Source of the DNA: Methanobacteriota archaeon
GTDB lineage: Archaea; Thermoplasmatota; Poseidoniia; Poseidoniales; Poseidoniaceae
Length of the DNA stretch: 23,061 bases
Direction of reading: 5' to 3'
Assembly: GCA_018650165.1 (NCBI GenBank)
Contig: JABIGM010000026.1
Location: 1-23,061 of the forward strand
This document shows, piece after piece, positions 7,848-16,961 of the stretch. The notes under the pieces were generated by a model. It searched no databases and was not told where the DNA came from. It saw only the letters and a list, made by a program, of their open reading frames with translations. Numbering within the stretch: the first letter of the stretch is position 1; every line of letters begins with the position of its first letter. The translations under genes were made by a program, and so were the position numbers.

Positions 7848-10800
7848 TCACTGTTGATTATCAAGCCATTGCTGGCCATAGTGTCCCCATTGTTCCATAG
7901 TCCATCCATCTGGAAGGCCTGCTGCGGGCACAGGAGGACCAGAAACGACTTCAGGTGGAGCAGCGATTTGAGGTGATTCTATGACATCTGGGGCTGGCAT
8001 TTGAACTTCAGGGGCACCTATTGTCGGGGCAGCCGCAACCGCACCATATGTTGCCGTCAAGTTGTCTTCATATCCATCCTCGGCCCAATTCTGTTCCTCT
8101 TCTTCTTCAGTACCATTCAGGACCATTAACAACGCTCCGAGTAGAGCAATGATAAGAGCTGTTCCAACGACCCATGTACTAATCCCAACCCAATCGAAAG
8201 AGTCGCTGTCTGAAGAGGATACTACGTCATTACTATCTGATGTTCGTTTCAGGGTAACTGGGAGTTGTAGGGATGCAGCATCTTCTACTGAATTGGAAAC
8301 TGCCCAAATTGTAACTTCGGTATTAATGAATTCTTCATCTAGGGTCAGTAGGATTGAACTTTGTACTTCGAAGACAATGGTTACTTCCCTTTCCCCCTCC
8401 AATTCTAGCCAGAAATCTCTGTCACTAGATTTGATAGAAGAACTATACCAACGGTTGGTTCCTTGCTGATCCATTGACATAGTCACGGATTGGCCTTCAG
8501 TGTACTGGTTTCTAACACGTACAGTAATTTCATACTCGCCTGCCTCATCAATAATCGTTGATTCTGTGGAAATGATTCTTATCCAATTTTGGGAGCCGAC
8601 TCTGTATGTACATTTTCCGTAACTAGAAACACTATCATCGTTTACACTGGTTGCAATGACTTTGAGAATTAATTGTCCATTAGTTCCATCAGCGAAGGTA
8701 AATGTAACGGTGACATTGTAAGATTCACCCGGCTCTAAGAGCGGAGTGGTTTCGCCTTCAACCAACAGCCCAAAGCTTGCATCCATTCCTTCAGGTATAT
8801 CCATGGACATATTGAAGCGATCCGCTTCATTGCCATTGTTGCGTACTTCAAAGCGCATTGATTGCGCTACATCTCCAGGAATGTAGGATTGGTCTGCATC
8901 TTCATCAGAAACCCAAACCGCTGCAGTATCTGTAACATCGATATTGATGGTTATCTGTTCTTTTGCCATTGGATCGTCAACACTAGTTGCGGTTATTCTA
9001 GCAGTGTAAAGCCCCGGAGCCAATCCAACAGGCATTGGCAGATTTAGGGCGATGCTAGTTTCTCCATCCCATGCATCAAGCATTGGTGTTTCAGCTGCAG
9101 AAAGGTAAGCTTCTAATTTCCAATTAGATTGAACTAATTCAAGCGAATAGACTTCATCATCATTACCAAGATTTAGTAAATCGATGTAAACTACTCTAGA
9201 ATTACCATTTGCTGCTGCTTCGATTTCTAACTCCTCTGCAGTCATTGTGAATTCCCTTAGGACAGGGACATCTATTTTCTTTGAAATAACATCATTTCCA
9301 AACAATGCTTGGCCACATGATGGACAAACTGCACGGAGAGAGAATGGAATTTCACCAGGTGTTGCTGTAGAAGGCGCTGTTACATTCAGTAGCAATTCGA
9401 TTTGTTCACCTCTAGCTAATGGCATTGGCATCTGAACTATACTGTGATTCAAATCGGTAACGAATGAAACCCAATCATCGCCTTGGAAGTTAGATGTAAC
9501 GGTGTAGCCTGCTTCACGGTTACCCGCATTCTGTAACTTGAATGGGATGTCAGTGGAAGAGCCTGGAGCCAAGGAAGCCGCTAGTAGTGGCGCTGTTGAT
9601 GATAAGTGAACGCCATATTGTTCTGTGATAGCAATATCGGCAGAGATTCGGCCCATTTCTCCTAATTGTGTGCCTCCAGCATCTGCCCACCATATTTGCC
9701 AAACTTGTTGCTGTACATCTGCACCAGCAGGTATTGAAAGATTGATCCACATTTCAGAAGTGTTACCCGCAGGAATTGCCGGTAGAATTACGCTGGTACC
9801 ATGTTGCGTTGGGTGCTGGCTATCGATTCTAATCATCGGAAGACTTGGGTTCATCCAAGATGCATTTGATACATTTGATTCGATACGGACCTGTGCAGAC
9901 ATGTATCCGTTGTTCTGTATTGAACAGAACATTGGTACAATTGTATTTGGCGGTGTTGTGTAACCGCCGGAAGGATTGTCGCAAGAAATACTCAGAGTAT
10001 ATTCACTAACCTTCTCGATTCCAAACATTACGAAATCGTCAACATGCATTCCGCTAGATGCTCCCGAACCATCGGACTGGAATAAGATTCCATAAGACCA
10101 TGAATGACCACCTAACTCTTCAGTAGGGTCCCAAGAAATATTACTCCATGCGCCTGCAGTAGTGCCTGGAGCATCTTCAACGAAATTGTGAGAAATTGTA
10201 CTTGCTGGTGCACCGTTACCTCTCCATAACTCTAGTGCTACAAAGTCTCCTGCACCCATTTGACCCCATGTTTGAACGTGCATTTGAGCAGAAACTAATC
10301 CTGCAGAGTTTAGTTGCATTTTACACATCCATTGGATGTATTGTTGCGATAATCCCCCATCGAGAGAGGCGCCATTTCCACAGTTACTATCTGCGCCACG
10401 GAAAGCGAAGACTAAACGGCTACGTGATGCTGAAGGATAATCTGAACCTGAGTTCGCATGCCTCCAATTTGCAGTCCCGACCGCGGAAGCGGAATTATCT
10501 GCTTGCCAAATCCCGATTCCATTAGCATCGCTACCATCAAGTGGGTATTCTCCACCATAGAATGTTGGAATCGAAGCGGTTGGTAGTGCTTGGTCACGAG
10601 GATCACCTTCTGCATCCATCTTATCTTGCGACAAGGCTACTGGAAGAGTGTACTCTAAGATATCATTATCGTTTCTATCGTCTGCGGAATTGTAAACTGA
10701 TGCACGAATTATTACTCCGCCCGATAGTTCGTTGGTTGCAACATCTAGGTAAGAGTGAGCCACAAAGGCTTCCCAGTTGAATGTGTCAGTGTAGGACTGC

Positions 10801-11153
10801 CCACCCAGCATAGGGACGGTTTGCCATGAAGTTGAATTCATCACAAAGCCAATCGGATGAACCATTTCAACTGTAACTTTGGCAGTTGAACCTTGTAGAG
10901 CATTTCCTCCTCGCTTTACTTCAACCGAAATATCAACCATGTCGCCTTTAGCGATGTAAACAACTACGCTTCCGTCTGGCTGGATCCAATGATTTGCTTC
11001 TGATGAATTGACTTCTATTTCTGACACCGAGAAATCATCAGATGAACCACCGCGACCCGAGGTTGCCTCCGCATTATCCACAGTTAAACTAAGAATAGAT
11101 TGCATTAGAAGAATGGTCACCAATAGGAATGGTATCGACTTGCGCATATTCAT
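7848..11153 (-). CDS. Large secreted, C-terminally membrane-anchored surface protein with repeated Ig-like (CARDB/NEW3-type) modules
   Basis: N-terminal signal peptide (MRKSIPFLLVTILLMQSILSL). Repeated N-x-GN-x2-D/A-x-Y/F motifs (LQNAGNREAGY, LNLGNDDEVY, VRNNGNEADRF). Many N-x-S/T sequons. TM helix near the C-terminus, then an acidic/Pro-rich tail. Domain names are inferred from motif resemblance. Start could be 11153 or 11147. Confidence 0.75.
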   Translation of the reverse strand: MNMRKSIPFLLVTILLMQSILSLTVDNAEATSGRGGSSDDFSVSEIEVNSSEANHWIQPDGSVVVYIAKGDMVDISVEVKRGGNALQGSTAKVTVEMVHPIGFVMNSTSWQTVPMLGGQSYTDTFNWEAFVAHSYLDVATNELSGGVIIRASVYNSADDRNDNDILEYTLPVALSQDKMDAEGDPRDQALPTASIPTFYGGEYPLDGSDANGIGIWQADNSASAVGTANWRHANSGSDYPSASRSRLVFAFRGADSNCGNGASLDGGLSQQYIQWMCKMQLNSAGLVSAQMHVQTWGQMGAGDFVALELWRGNGAPASTISHNFVEDAPGTTAGAWSNISWDPTEELGGHSWSYGILFQSDGSGASSGMHVDDFVMFGIEKVSEYTLSISCDNPSGGYTTPPNTIVPMFCSIQNNGYMSAQVRIESNVSNASWMNPSLPMIRIDSQHPTQHGTSVILPAIPAGNTSEMWINLSIPAGADVQQQVWQIWWADAGGTQLGEMGRISADIAITEQYGVHLSSTAPLLAASLAPGSSTDIPFKLQNAGNREAGYTVTSNFQGDDWVSFVTDLNHSIVQMPMPLARGEQIELLLNVTAPSTATPGEIPFSLRAVCPSCGQALFGNDVISKKIDVPVLREFTMTAEELEIEAAANGNSRVVYIDLLNLGNDDEVYSLELVQSNWKLEAYLSAAETPMLDAWDGETSIALNLPMPVGLAPGLYTARITATSVDDPMAKEQITINIDVTDTAAVWVSDEDADQSYIPGDVAQSMRFEVRNNGNEADRFNMSMDIPEGMDASFGLLVEGETTPLLEPGESYNVTVTFTFADGTNGQLILKVIATSVNDDSVSSYGKCTYRVGSQNWIRIISTESTIIDEAGEYEITVRVRNQYTEGQSVTMSMDQQGTNRWYSSSIKSSDRDFWLELEGEREVTIVFEVQSSILLTLDEEFINTEVTIWAVSNSVEDAASLQLPVTLKRTSDSNDVVSSSDSDSFDWVGISTWVVGTALIIALLGALLMVLNGTEEEEEQNWAEDGYEDNLTATYGAVAAAPTIGAPEVQMPAPDVIESPQIAAPPEVVSGPPVPAAGLPDGWTMEQWGHYGQQWLDNQQ

Positions 11154-11311
11154 CAACACCTATGCGACATTGATTCCGCATATGAATGTCCCCGTCCCAT
11201 GTCCCCGTAGGGGACAGGGGGTAATGGCTGAATCTAAGCACTGTTTTAATCGCCTTGAAGGGGTGGTAATGAAGCGCAACCTTTGACATAGTGAAGGGGC
11301 GGGATACTGCT

Positions 11312-12586
11312 GTGAGTGAGTACGCGGACAAAGGGCCGTTGGCGGCTAGACTCTGGTTAACAGGGCTCGTTTTCTGTCAGATTTTCCTCACTCCAATGGC
11401 TGCTTTTTCAATTACTTACTTGATAAATTTTGAATTTGCATCAGAAAATTTCACCATGTCATTCCGCTTAGAGATGATACCTTGGATAGTTGCTGCATCC
11501 CTTGCATATGGAATGCTTGCATTGTTACTGGCGCTATTATCGGGGGGATTCACTCCAATTTATATCGTTGAAAAAGGAGGATGGCTAGCTGCTATGGGGC
11601 TAACTCGGTCGAAACGAGATGCTGCTGTTTTACGTAATTCCAGAAAAAGACATGCCCACTCACCTCATGCACGAATGACTGTTATGGTCAGTGATAGAAT
11701 CAGTAAACGTCACTCTCTTCTTTCTACTCATGGGGGACTAGTATTGTTGGCAATTCCATTTCAACTATTGCTAGTAATTATCCCGCTTGGCTTTGTGATT
11801 TTTGTACCAGAAGAATGGCTAAGACCGAACCGCAGGTTGGAAGTTGCACTGACTTGTTATCTTATGGTTCTGATAATGGTCATGCGAATCTTTCCAAAAT
11901 TTGCACGAAAGCATATTACAATCGCCGCTTTTACAAGACGGTGGCTAGTTTCAATGACAAAACTGTCTTGGTTAGCACCAGTTCTGGTACTATGGATGAT
12001 GGGGCGGCTTGCAAGTGTAATCGTACTATCTTGGGTAGGTGCTGATGTCACTCACAATTTACACTTAGAACAATCTTTCATGGAAGATTTCCTTCGTATT
12101 GGGAGTGTTCCTGATACTTCATTCCTAGATCTTCTAACCGCACTTGCGGTAATGCCACTTGCCGCATTCACTACTTTGGCATGCTTGGGCGGAGCATCGG
12201 GTAAACCACCAGAATGGATGAGGCTTGGCGATGAGGCGGAACTCAAAACACCAGAGCAAGAAGGCGACAGAGGAGCACTTGTAGCAACTGGAAGAGTTGT
12301 TGGCACTGTTACAGGAGCCGCTGTAGGAGTGGGCATAGGAATTGCCGCAACTACATTATCGGGAGTCGCTGCGAAAGCACAAGCTGCTGGTTCGACAACA
12401 ATTGCAGCCGCAAATGCTGCGCCACAATCCATTGGCAGCAGCATGGAGGCTGCCTCAGCAGCATCAGACACATTTTCATTCGTAGATAATGCCGGAATTG
12501 CTGAGGATGTTTCTGCAAACCTAGACTCTACTTCTTCGGAAAATGAAACCTCTGAATTTGAAGGACTAGGCTCGATGTTTGATTGA
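11312..12586 (+). CDS. Hypothetical multi-pass membrane protein with an Ala/Gly-rich C-terminal tail
   Basis: Long ORF with about 6-7 hydrophobic segments. Start uncertain (GTG 11291 or GTG 11312). No family recognised. Confidence 0.7.
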   Translation: MSEYADKGPLAARLWLTGLVFCQIFLTPMAAFSITYLINFEFASENFTMSFRLEMIPWIVAASLAYGMLALLLALLSGGFTPIYIVEKGGWLAAMGLTRSKRDAAVLRNSRKRHAHSPHARMTVMVSDRISKRHSLLSTHGGLVLLAIPFQLLLVIIPLGFVIFVPEEWLRPNRRLEVALTCYLMVLIMVMRIFPKFARKHITIAAFTRRWLVSMTKLSWLAPVLVLWMMGRLASVIVLSWVGADVTHNLHLEQSFMEDFLRIGSVPDTSFLDLLTALAVMPLAAFTTLACLGGASGKPPEWMRLGDEAELKTPEQEGDRGALVATGRVVGTVTGAAVGVGIGIAATTLSGVAAKAQAAGSTTIAAANAAPQSIGSSMEAASAASDTFSFVDNAGIAEDVSANLDSTSSENETSEFEGLGSMFD

Positions 12587-13168
12587 TTACTCTTCTTCTT
12601 CACTAGCAACAATTGGTTGGCCATCGGTAAGCAGTAACCTGACAAATCCTCGTATCCAACCATCACTTCGAGGCCGACCTAGATCTGGCCTTGGTATATT
12701 GAGTAGATTTTTGCCACAGGTAGTGCACCGAACTGCAGAAATTTCCCATACGGGATTTGAGAATGTACAACATTGGTCATCTGATTCTGATTCATTCTTC
12801 ACCAATTGCAAACGCATTGCAAGTTGTTTAGTCCATGGATGCTCTTCACCGGCGATAAATGCTGTGACACGAGAGAGTACTAGCCACCCGGAAACAGTCC
12901 ACATCCCAAAACCAATTGGGGCTGAACCATACGCTAGACTAAGCCATCCAAACACCAAAGGGATCAGAGCAAAAAACAAACCGAGCCAATAAAAAGCACG
13001 CATGTGTAGTATTCTTTGAATGAGGTGGCTGCCAACATATACAGGTTCAGGGTGAGGTGCGAATTGTACATTCCATGCGCGAAGTCTTGGAAATGTTAGT
13101 AGCGGTATGCGGGTAATCAAATGCGCTAGTATTGCACCTACAAGAAATTCAATCAATATAGCCCACAT
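12587..13168 (-). CDS. Hypothetical membrane protein with a C-terminal zinc-ribbon-like motif
   Basis: Three hydrophobic helices, then CCTFSNPVWEISAVRCTTCG and a PRPDLGRPR motif. ATG 13168 follows the aminotransferase stop (13170-13172); alternative GTG at 13180. Confidence 0.75.
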   Translation of the reverse strand: MWAILIEFLVGAILAHLITRIPLLTFPRLRAWNVQFAPHPEPVYVGSHLIQRILHMRAFYWLGLFFALIPLVFGWLSLAYGSAPIGFGMWTVSGWLVLSRVTAFIAGEEHPWTKQLAMRLQLVKNESESDDQCCTFSNPVWEISAVRCTTCGKNLLNIPRPDLGRPRSDGWIRGFVRLLLTDGQPIVASEEEE

Positions 13169-13169
13169 C

Positions 13170-14318
13170 TCACTCGCCACGCAATCTATTCAACACTACT
13201 TCGGTCTTATCCATACCCTTAGAGATATCTTCTCTTGAGATAGTATATGCAAATCGCAAATGACCTTCTCCAGATTGGCCAAAGGCACTACCTGGTGAAC
13301 ATAAAACACCACCTTTTAGCAACTCAATAGCCACTTCTTCACTTGACATCCCAGGGACTTCCACTTTGGGAAACACATAGAATGCACCTTCGGGGACATG
13401 GCATTGAACGCCCGGCATAGAATTTAGTCGAGTGCATATCAGGTCTCTTCTTGCTTTGAACTCAGCACACATCTCATCAGGATAGTCATTTGCATGTTCA
13501 AATGCAGCTAGTACTGCATACTGCATCGCATCATTGGAACATGCTGTAATGTAATATTGGAGTTTAGTCATCTGCGACATCGCTTCTTTATTAGCAGACA
13601 TAATGTATCCAATTCTCCATCCAGTCATTGCAAATGTCTTTGAGAAGGAATTGATCAAAATTACTCTTTCGTCATCACTTCCAACAAATGAGACATGTTC
13701 TCCATCGAATACAATTCGGTCATACACTTCATCGCTAATTATCCACAGATCGTGTTTTTGGGCAAAGGCAAGTAATTCATCTCGTTGTGTAGTAGTAATT
13801 GTAGCGCCCGTTGGATTAGAAGGAAAATTATACAATATCGCTACAGTGTTCTCATCAACTAAACTTTCTAGATGGTCAATCGTAGGAACAAATTCATTCT
13901 CAAATAAGCATTCATAAAATCGAGACTCGCCACCCCACAATTCTACATCTGGACCATATAATGGGAAGTATGGTTCTGGAAGTAATACATTTTTCCCGGG
14001 GTCTACCAATGATGCAAAGATGTTCAGCAATGCATTTGTGCCACTCATGGTCATACAGACATTGCTTTCATCAAGTCCAGGACATAATTCGCTCCAAGAT
14101 TGAGCAATCTTGAGCCTTAGTGCAGGTAGTCCTGCTGTTGTAGTATACTTGTTATGGCCATCTTTCATGGCTTGATACATAGCTTCAATTGCGACCTCAG
14201 GAGGTTGGAAATCAGGTTCGCCTAGACCAAAAGAAATGACATCGTCTCCAGCCATATCAAACATCTTGCGGACGCCTGTAGGCTGTATGTTCAAAGTTCT
14301 CTTAGAGAAGCCACGCAT
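13170..14318 (-). CDS. Pyridoxal-phosphate-dependent aminotransferase, class I/II (aspartate aminotransferase family)
   Basis: Motifs ISFGLGEPDF, NFPSNPTGA, ISDEVYD, NSFSKTFAMTGWRIGY (PLP lysine), PEGAFYVF and GHLRFAY. Confidence 0.93.
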   Translation of the reverse strand: MRGFSKRTLNIQPTGVRKMFDMAGDDVISFGLGEPDFQPPEVAIEAMYQAMKDGHNKYTTTAGLPALRLKIAQSWSELCPGLDESNVCMTMSGTNALLNIFASLVDPGKNVLLPEPYFPLYGPDVELWGGESRFYECLFENEFVPTIDHLESLVDENTVAILYNFPSNPTGATITTTQRDELLAFAQKHDLWIISDEVYDRIVFDGEHVSFVGSDDERVILINSFSKTFAMTGWRIGYIMSANKEAMSQMTKLQYYITACSNDAMQYAVLAAFEHANDYPDEMCAEFKARRDLICTRLNSMPGVQCHVPEGAFYVFPKVEVPGMSSEEVAIELLKGGVLCSPGSAFGQSGEGHLRFAYTISREDISKGMDKTEVVLNRLRGE

Positions 14319-14343
14319 AACTGCTCGACTTCGAACTCACATT

Positions 14344-16506
14344 TCAAGATGAGGTGCTTTCAGGCACATCATCTACCAGTGTAGCCTCTAAAGGCTCATC
14401 GTCAACCGGTGGTGGTAAACTTTCAACATCACTTGCTATAACAGATAATTCAAGAGGGTCGTCAGTCTTTTGCTGTACAACAACCCAAGCCCCAAATACG
14501 AGGATCGATAAGGCAAATATTGCAATAAAAATAATTCTGCCAAGCGATTCAGCACTTGCATAGGTTTCGACGTTTCCTCCACCGATTACTGAATCCCATG
14601 AGATCATTGAGGAAGCGCCGGTTTCGTCCACACCTCTGACAATTACCATATTGTATCCTTCTGGAAGTATGTCAGTATCTACTGTAAATTGGAATTGGAA
14701 TGATTCGTAGGTACTCATCGAACCATTCACCGATTCATACATTACTTCAGTCCAAGTATCTCCTCCATCGACAGAATATTCGATTTTATCCATTACTGCA
14801 CCTCGGCTCCATGCTTGCCCAGTGTATGTATTCACTGTACCCTCTGAAGAGATGTTTTCAATATGTACTTGAAGATCAAGATTCATTGTTGAAGTATTGA
14901 TTCCAGTATCATTTAGATAACGTGCAGTCCAAACAGCATCATGTGCATCGACTAGACCCCATCCATAATCCACATTCCAATGAGGGTCATGTTCTGGCTG
15001 AGAGGCAGGACCCATTCTAGTTGCTGTTGAGCGAAGAATTTCCCTTATTGTAAGCGGGCCAATTTCGTCATTCACTTCCATCATCAATGCGATAACACCA
15101 CTGACAGCAGGAGTTGCATAAGAGGTACCTGAACCACGGCCTGTGTAGCCATTTTCTGATGCATCACCATTAACGGAATTGATACAGGAACCTGTAGTTA
15201 CACATGCCTCTGCCTGAATTATATTCGAACCAGGTGCAGTAACATCTGGTTTCATTTCATTGATTGGGTTTGAGTCACCATTGTCCCTGCGTGGGCCACG
15301 ACTTGAATAGCCTGCAATAGTATCATCATCTCTGTTAACGGTGTTCATATCATCGGTTGCGCCAACTGTGATTGAGAGTGATGAAGAGCCCATACCAGAC
15401 AATCCATCGTTGCTTGGCCCGTCGTTTCCTGCTGCCACGCTTACGGTTACACCTGCTTCAGTTGCGACGTTAAGAATACGAGAATGCATATCTTCGCCAT
15501 CACTTCCACCGCCTTCGTGGCTTGTAATTCCCCAAGATAGCGAGATAATGTCAATTCCGTAGAACCTTTCATCCACTCCTTCCCATTCAGTATCTTTGTT
15601 ATCTATAATCCATTCAATACCGTTAACTGCAGATTCATAGATACTTTGCTCAAGAGCATAATTTTCAAAGGGACCTGCGCCAGCATCAGTGCCAATTCTA
15701 ACATCGATTAAACTTGCATTTGGAGCGCTGCCCTCAAATCCAGTTTGTTCTCCGCTTGCATCAAGTCCAGTTGCACTGGCCATTCCCATACAGGCTGTTC
15801 CGTGTTGATTTCCGTCATCTGGATCAAAGGAACCATCTGTTTCCCTATTTCCTAAATTAGAATTGGCAATACAAGTCAATAGCCCTGTATGAAGATAACA
15901 CACAGCATCATATCCTGCTACGAATTTACTCTCAAGTACCGGATGTGAGTTTAGTCCAGGGTGCTCGTTATCGACACCTGTGTCGACCATTGCGATATTG
16001 ATTCCAAGCCCACCCATTGGTGAGTGGTTCCATGCAGCGTGAGGATAATCCTCTGATGGTTCGGACTTAATATTTGGAGTTTGAATATCTCCCCAAAAAA
16101 CCACTTTACCATATCTTTCAACCATCACAACTCCATCGAGTTCTGATAGGGTCCAAACATCTGAAGAATCGATTACCCCGAGTAGTATAGCATCAACTGA
16201 TTCGATGACATCTGTTATTTCATAGCCCATTGATTCGAGTAATGCAACATCTGAATCAGTTACATCACGACCATAAGAAAGGCCGACGCCAACGGGACCT
16301 TCTAGGGTTTCAAGAGAGTCAAAGATTCCATTTCTATTGGAATCCATTGTTGTTCTTTCCCACCAATCTATATCCTCATGAATTACAGGAGTCATTTCAG
16401 GTATTACTGAGGACCACTGAGAATCCGTGTGGACAGGATTACCAAGTGAACCGGTAAGAGGTGCCATAAATAGAACCAAACAAAGGAGTGTGAAACCGCG
16501 ACGCAT
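14344..16506 (-). CDS. Subtilisin-like S8 serine protease, secreted and C-terminally membrane-anchored
   Basis: Catalytic Asp (MVDTG), His (QHGTACMG), Ser (GSGTSYATP) and oxyanion Asn (AAGN). Signal peptide and propeptide region; C-terminal TM. Start chosen at ATG 16506 (MRRGFTLL). Confidence 0.92.
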   Translation of the reverse strand: MRRGFTLLCLVLFMAPLTGSLGNPVHTDSQWSSVIPEMTPVIHEDIDWWERTTMDSNRNGIFDSLETLEGPVGVGLSYGRDVTDSDVALLESMGYEITDVIESVDAILLGVIDSSDVWTLSELDGVVMVERYGKVVFWGDIQTPNIKSEPSEDYPHAAWNHSPMGGLGINIAMVDTGVDNEHPGLNSHPVLESKFVAGYDAVCYLHTGLLTCIANSNLGNRETDGSFDPDDGNQHGTACMGMASATGLDASGEQTGFEGSAPNASLIDVRIGTDAGAGPFENYALEQSIYESAVNGIEWIIDNKDTEWEGVDERFYGIDIISLSWGITSHEGGGSDGEDMHSRILNVATEAGVTVSVAAGNDGPSNDGLSGMGSSSLSITVGATDDMNTVNRDDDTIAGYSSRGPRRDNGDSNPINEMKPDVTAPGSNIIQAEACVTTGSCINSVNGDASENGYTGRGSGTSYATPAVSGVIALMMEVNDEIGPLTIREILRSTATRMGPASQPEHDPHWNVDYGWGLVDAHDAVWTARYLNDTGINTSTMNLDLQVHIENISSEGTVNTYTGQAWSRGAVMDKIEYSVDGGDTWTEVMYESVNGSMSTYESFQFQFTVDTDILPEGYNMVIVRGVDETGASSMISWDSVIGGGNVETYASAESLGRIIFIAIFALSILVFGAWVVVQQKTDDPLELSVIASDVESLPPPVDDEPLEATLVDDVPESTSS

Positions 16507-16585
16507 ATACTTCCCCAATCTAATTCGAGTGTGCATCAACCATCAATATGTTGGTTAGTCGATTAGATGAATTGATAGTCAAATG

Positions 16586-16770
16586 TGGTGGGAGCACAGG
16601 GATTTGAACCCCGACCGGCTGGTATCTTCTGATCCGCCACTAAGTGTTTTTGTGTACGGCTGGTGCGGGAAAGAGTTCGTCTTCAATGACTTTTACATCA
16701 GTATCAGACATTACTACTTTTGTTCCGTGCATTTGGAGCCAGCAATACTACCAGGTTATACTATACTCCC
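16586..16770 (-). tRNA. tRNA-Trp(CCA) with a 109-nt intron at 37/38 (intron 16624-16732); CCA end encoded
   Basis: Acceptor stem GGGAGTA/TGCTCCC; anticodon stem GCTGG/CCAGC; anticodon CCA at 16736-16734; T-arm CGGGGTTCAAATCCCTG; 3' ACCA. The intron 3' end GAAG-AT fits a relaxed bulge-helix-bulge (3 of 4 central pairs). Confidence 0.92.
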
Positions 16771-16791
16771 CTGTTCGTTTACCGTTCAGCT

Positions 16792-16899
16792 TCATTGCTT
16801 AGCCTGTCGGCGAGCACGCTTACGACGGCGTAGCTTCTTCTTGCGCCACTTCCATCGCTGATTACCAGTCTTCTTCCACGCTCTGGAACCTCGCTTCAT
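16792..16899 (-). CDS. rpl41e: Ribosomal protein L41e (eS32/aL41), 35 aa
   Basis: Below the ORF track cut-off. Hand translation MKRGSRAWKKTGNQRWKWRKKKLRRRKRARRQAKQ matches the archaeal L41e pattern (WKK-x-G-x2-RWKWxKKxLRR). Confidence 0.88.
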   Translation of the reverse strand: MKRGSRAWKKTGNQRWKWRKKKLRRRKRARRQAKQ

Positions 16900-16961
16900 G
16901 GTGAACAGTCCGCCGACTGACCTTTGCTATATGAGGACTTCCCAAAGGTAGACTGGTTCTT

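Noticed and set aside
12052-12666. 204-aa antisense ORF
   Set aside because: Shadow of the Ala/Gly-rich plus-strand gene, with no recognisable features. The same applies to other antisense ORFs such as 751-1146, 1435-1866, 6067-6516, 8062-8469 and 21838-22410.
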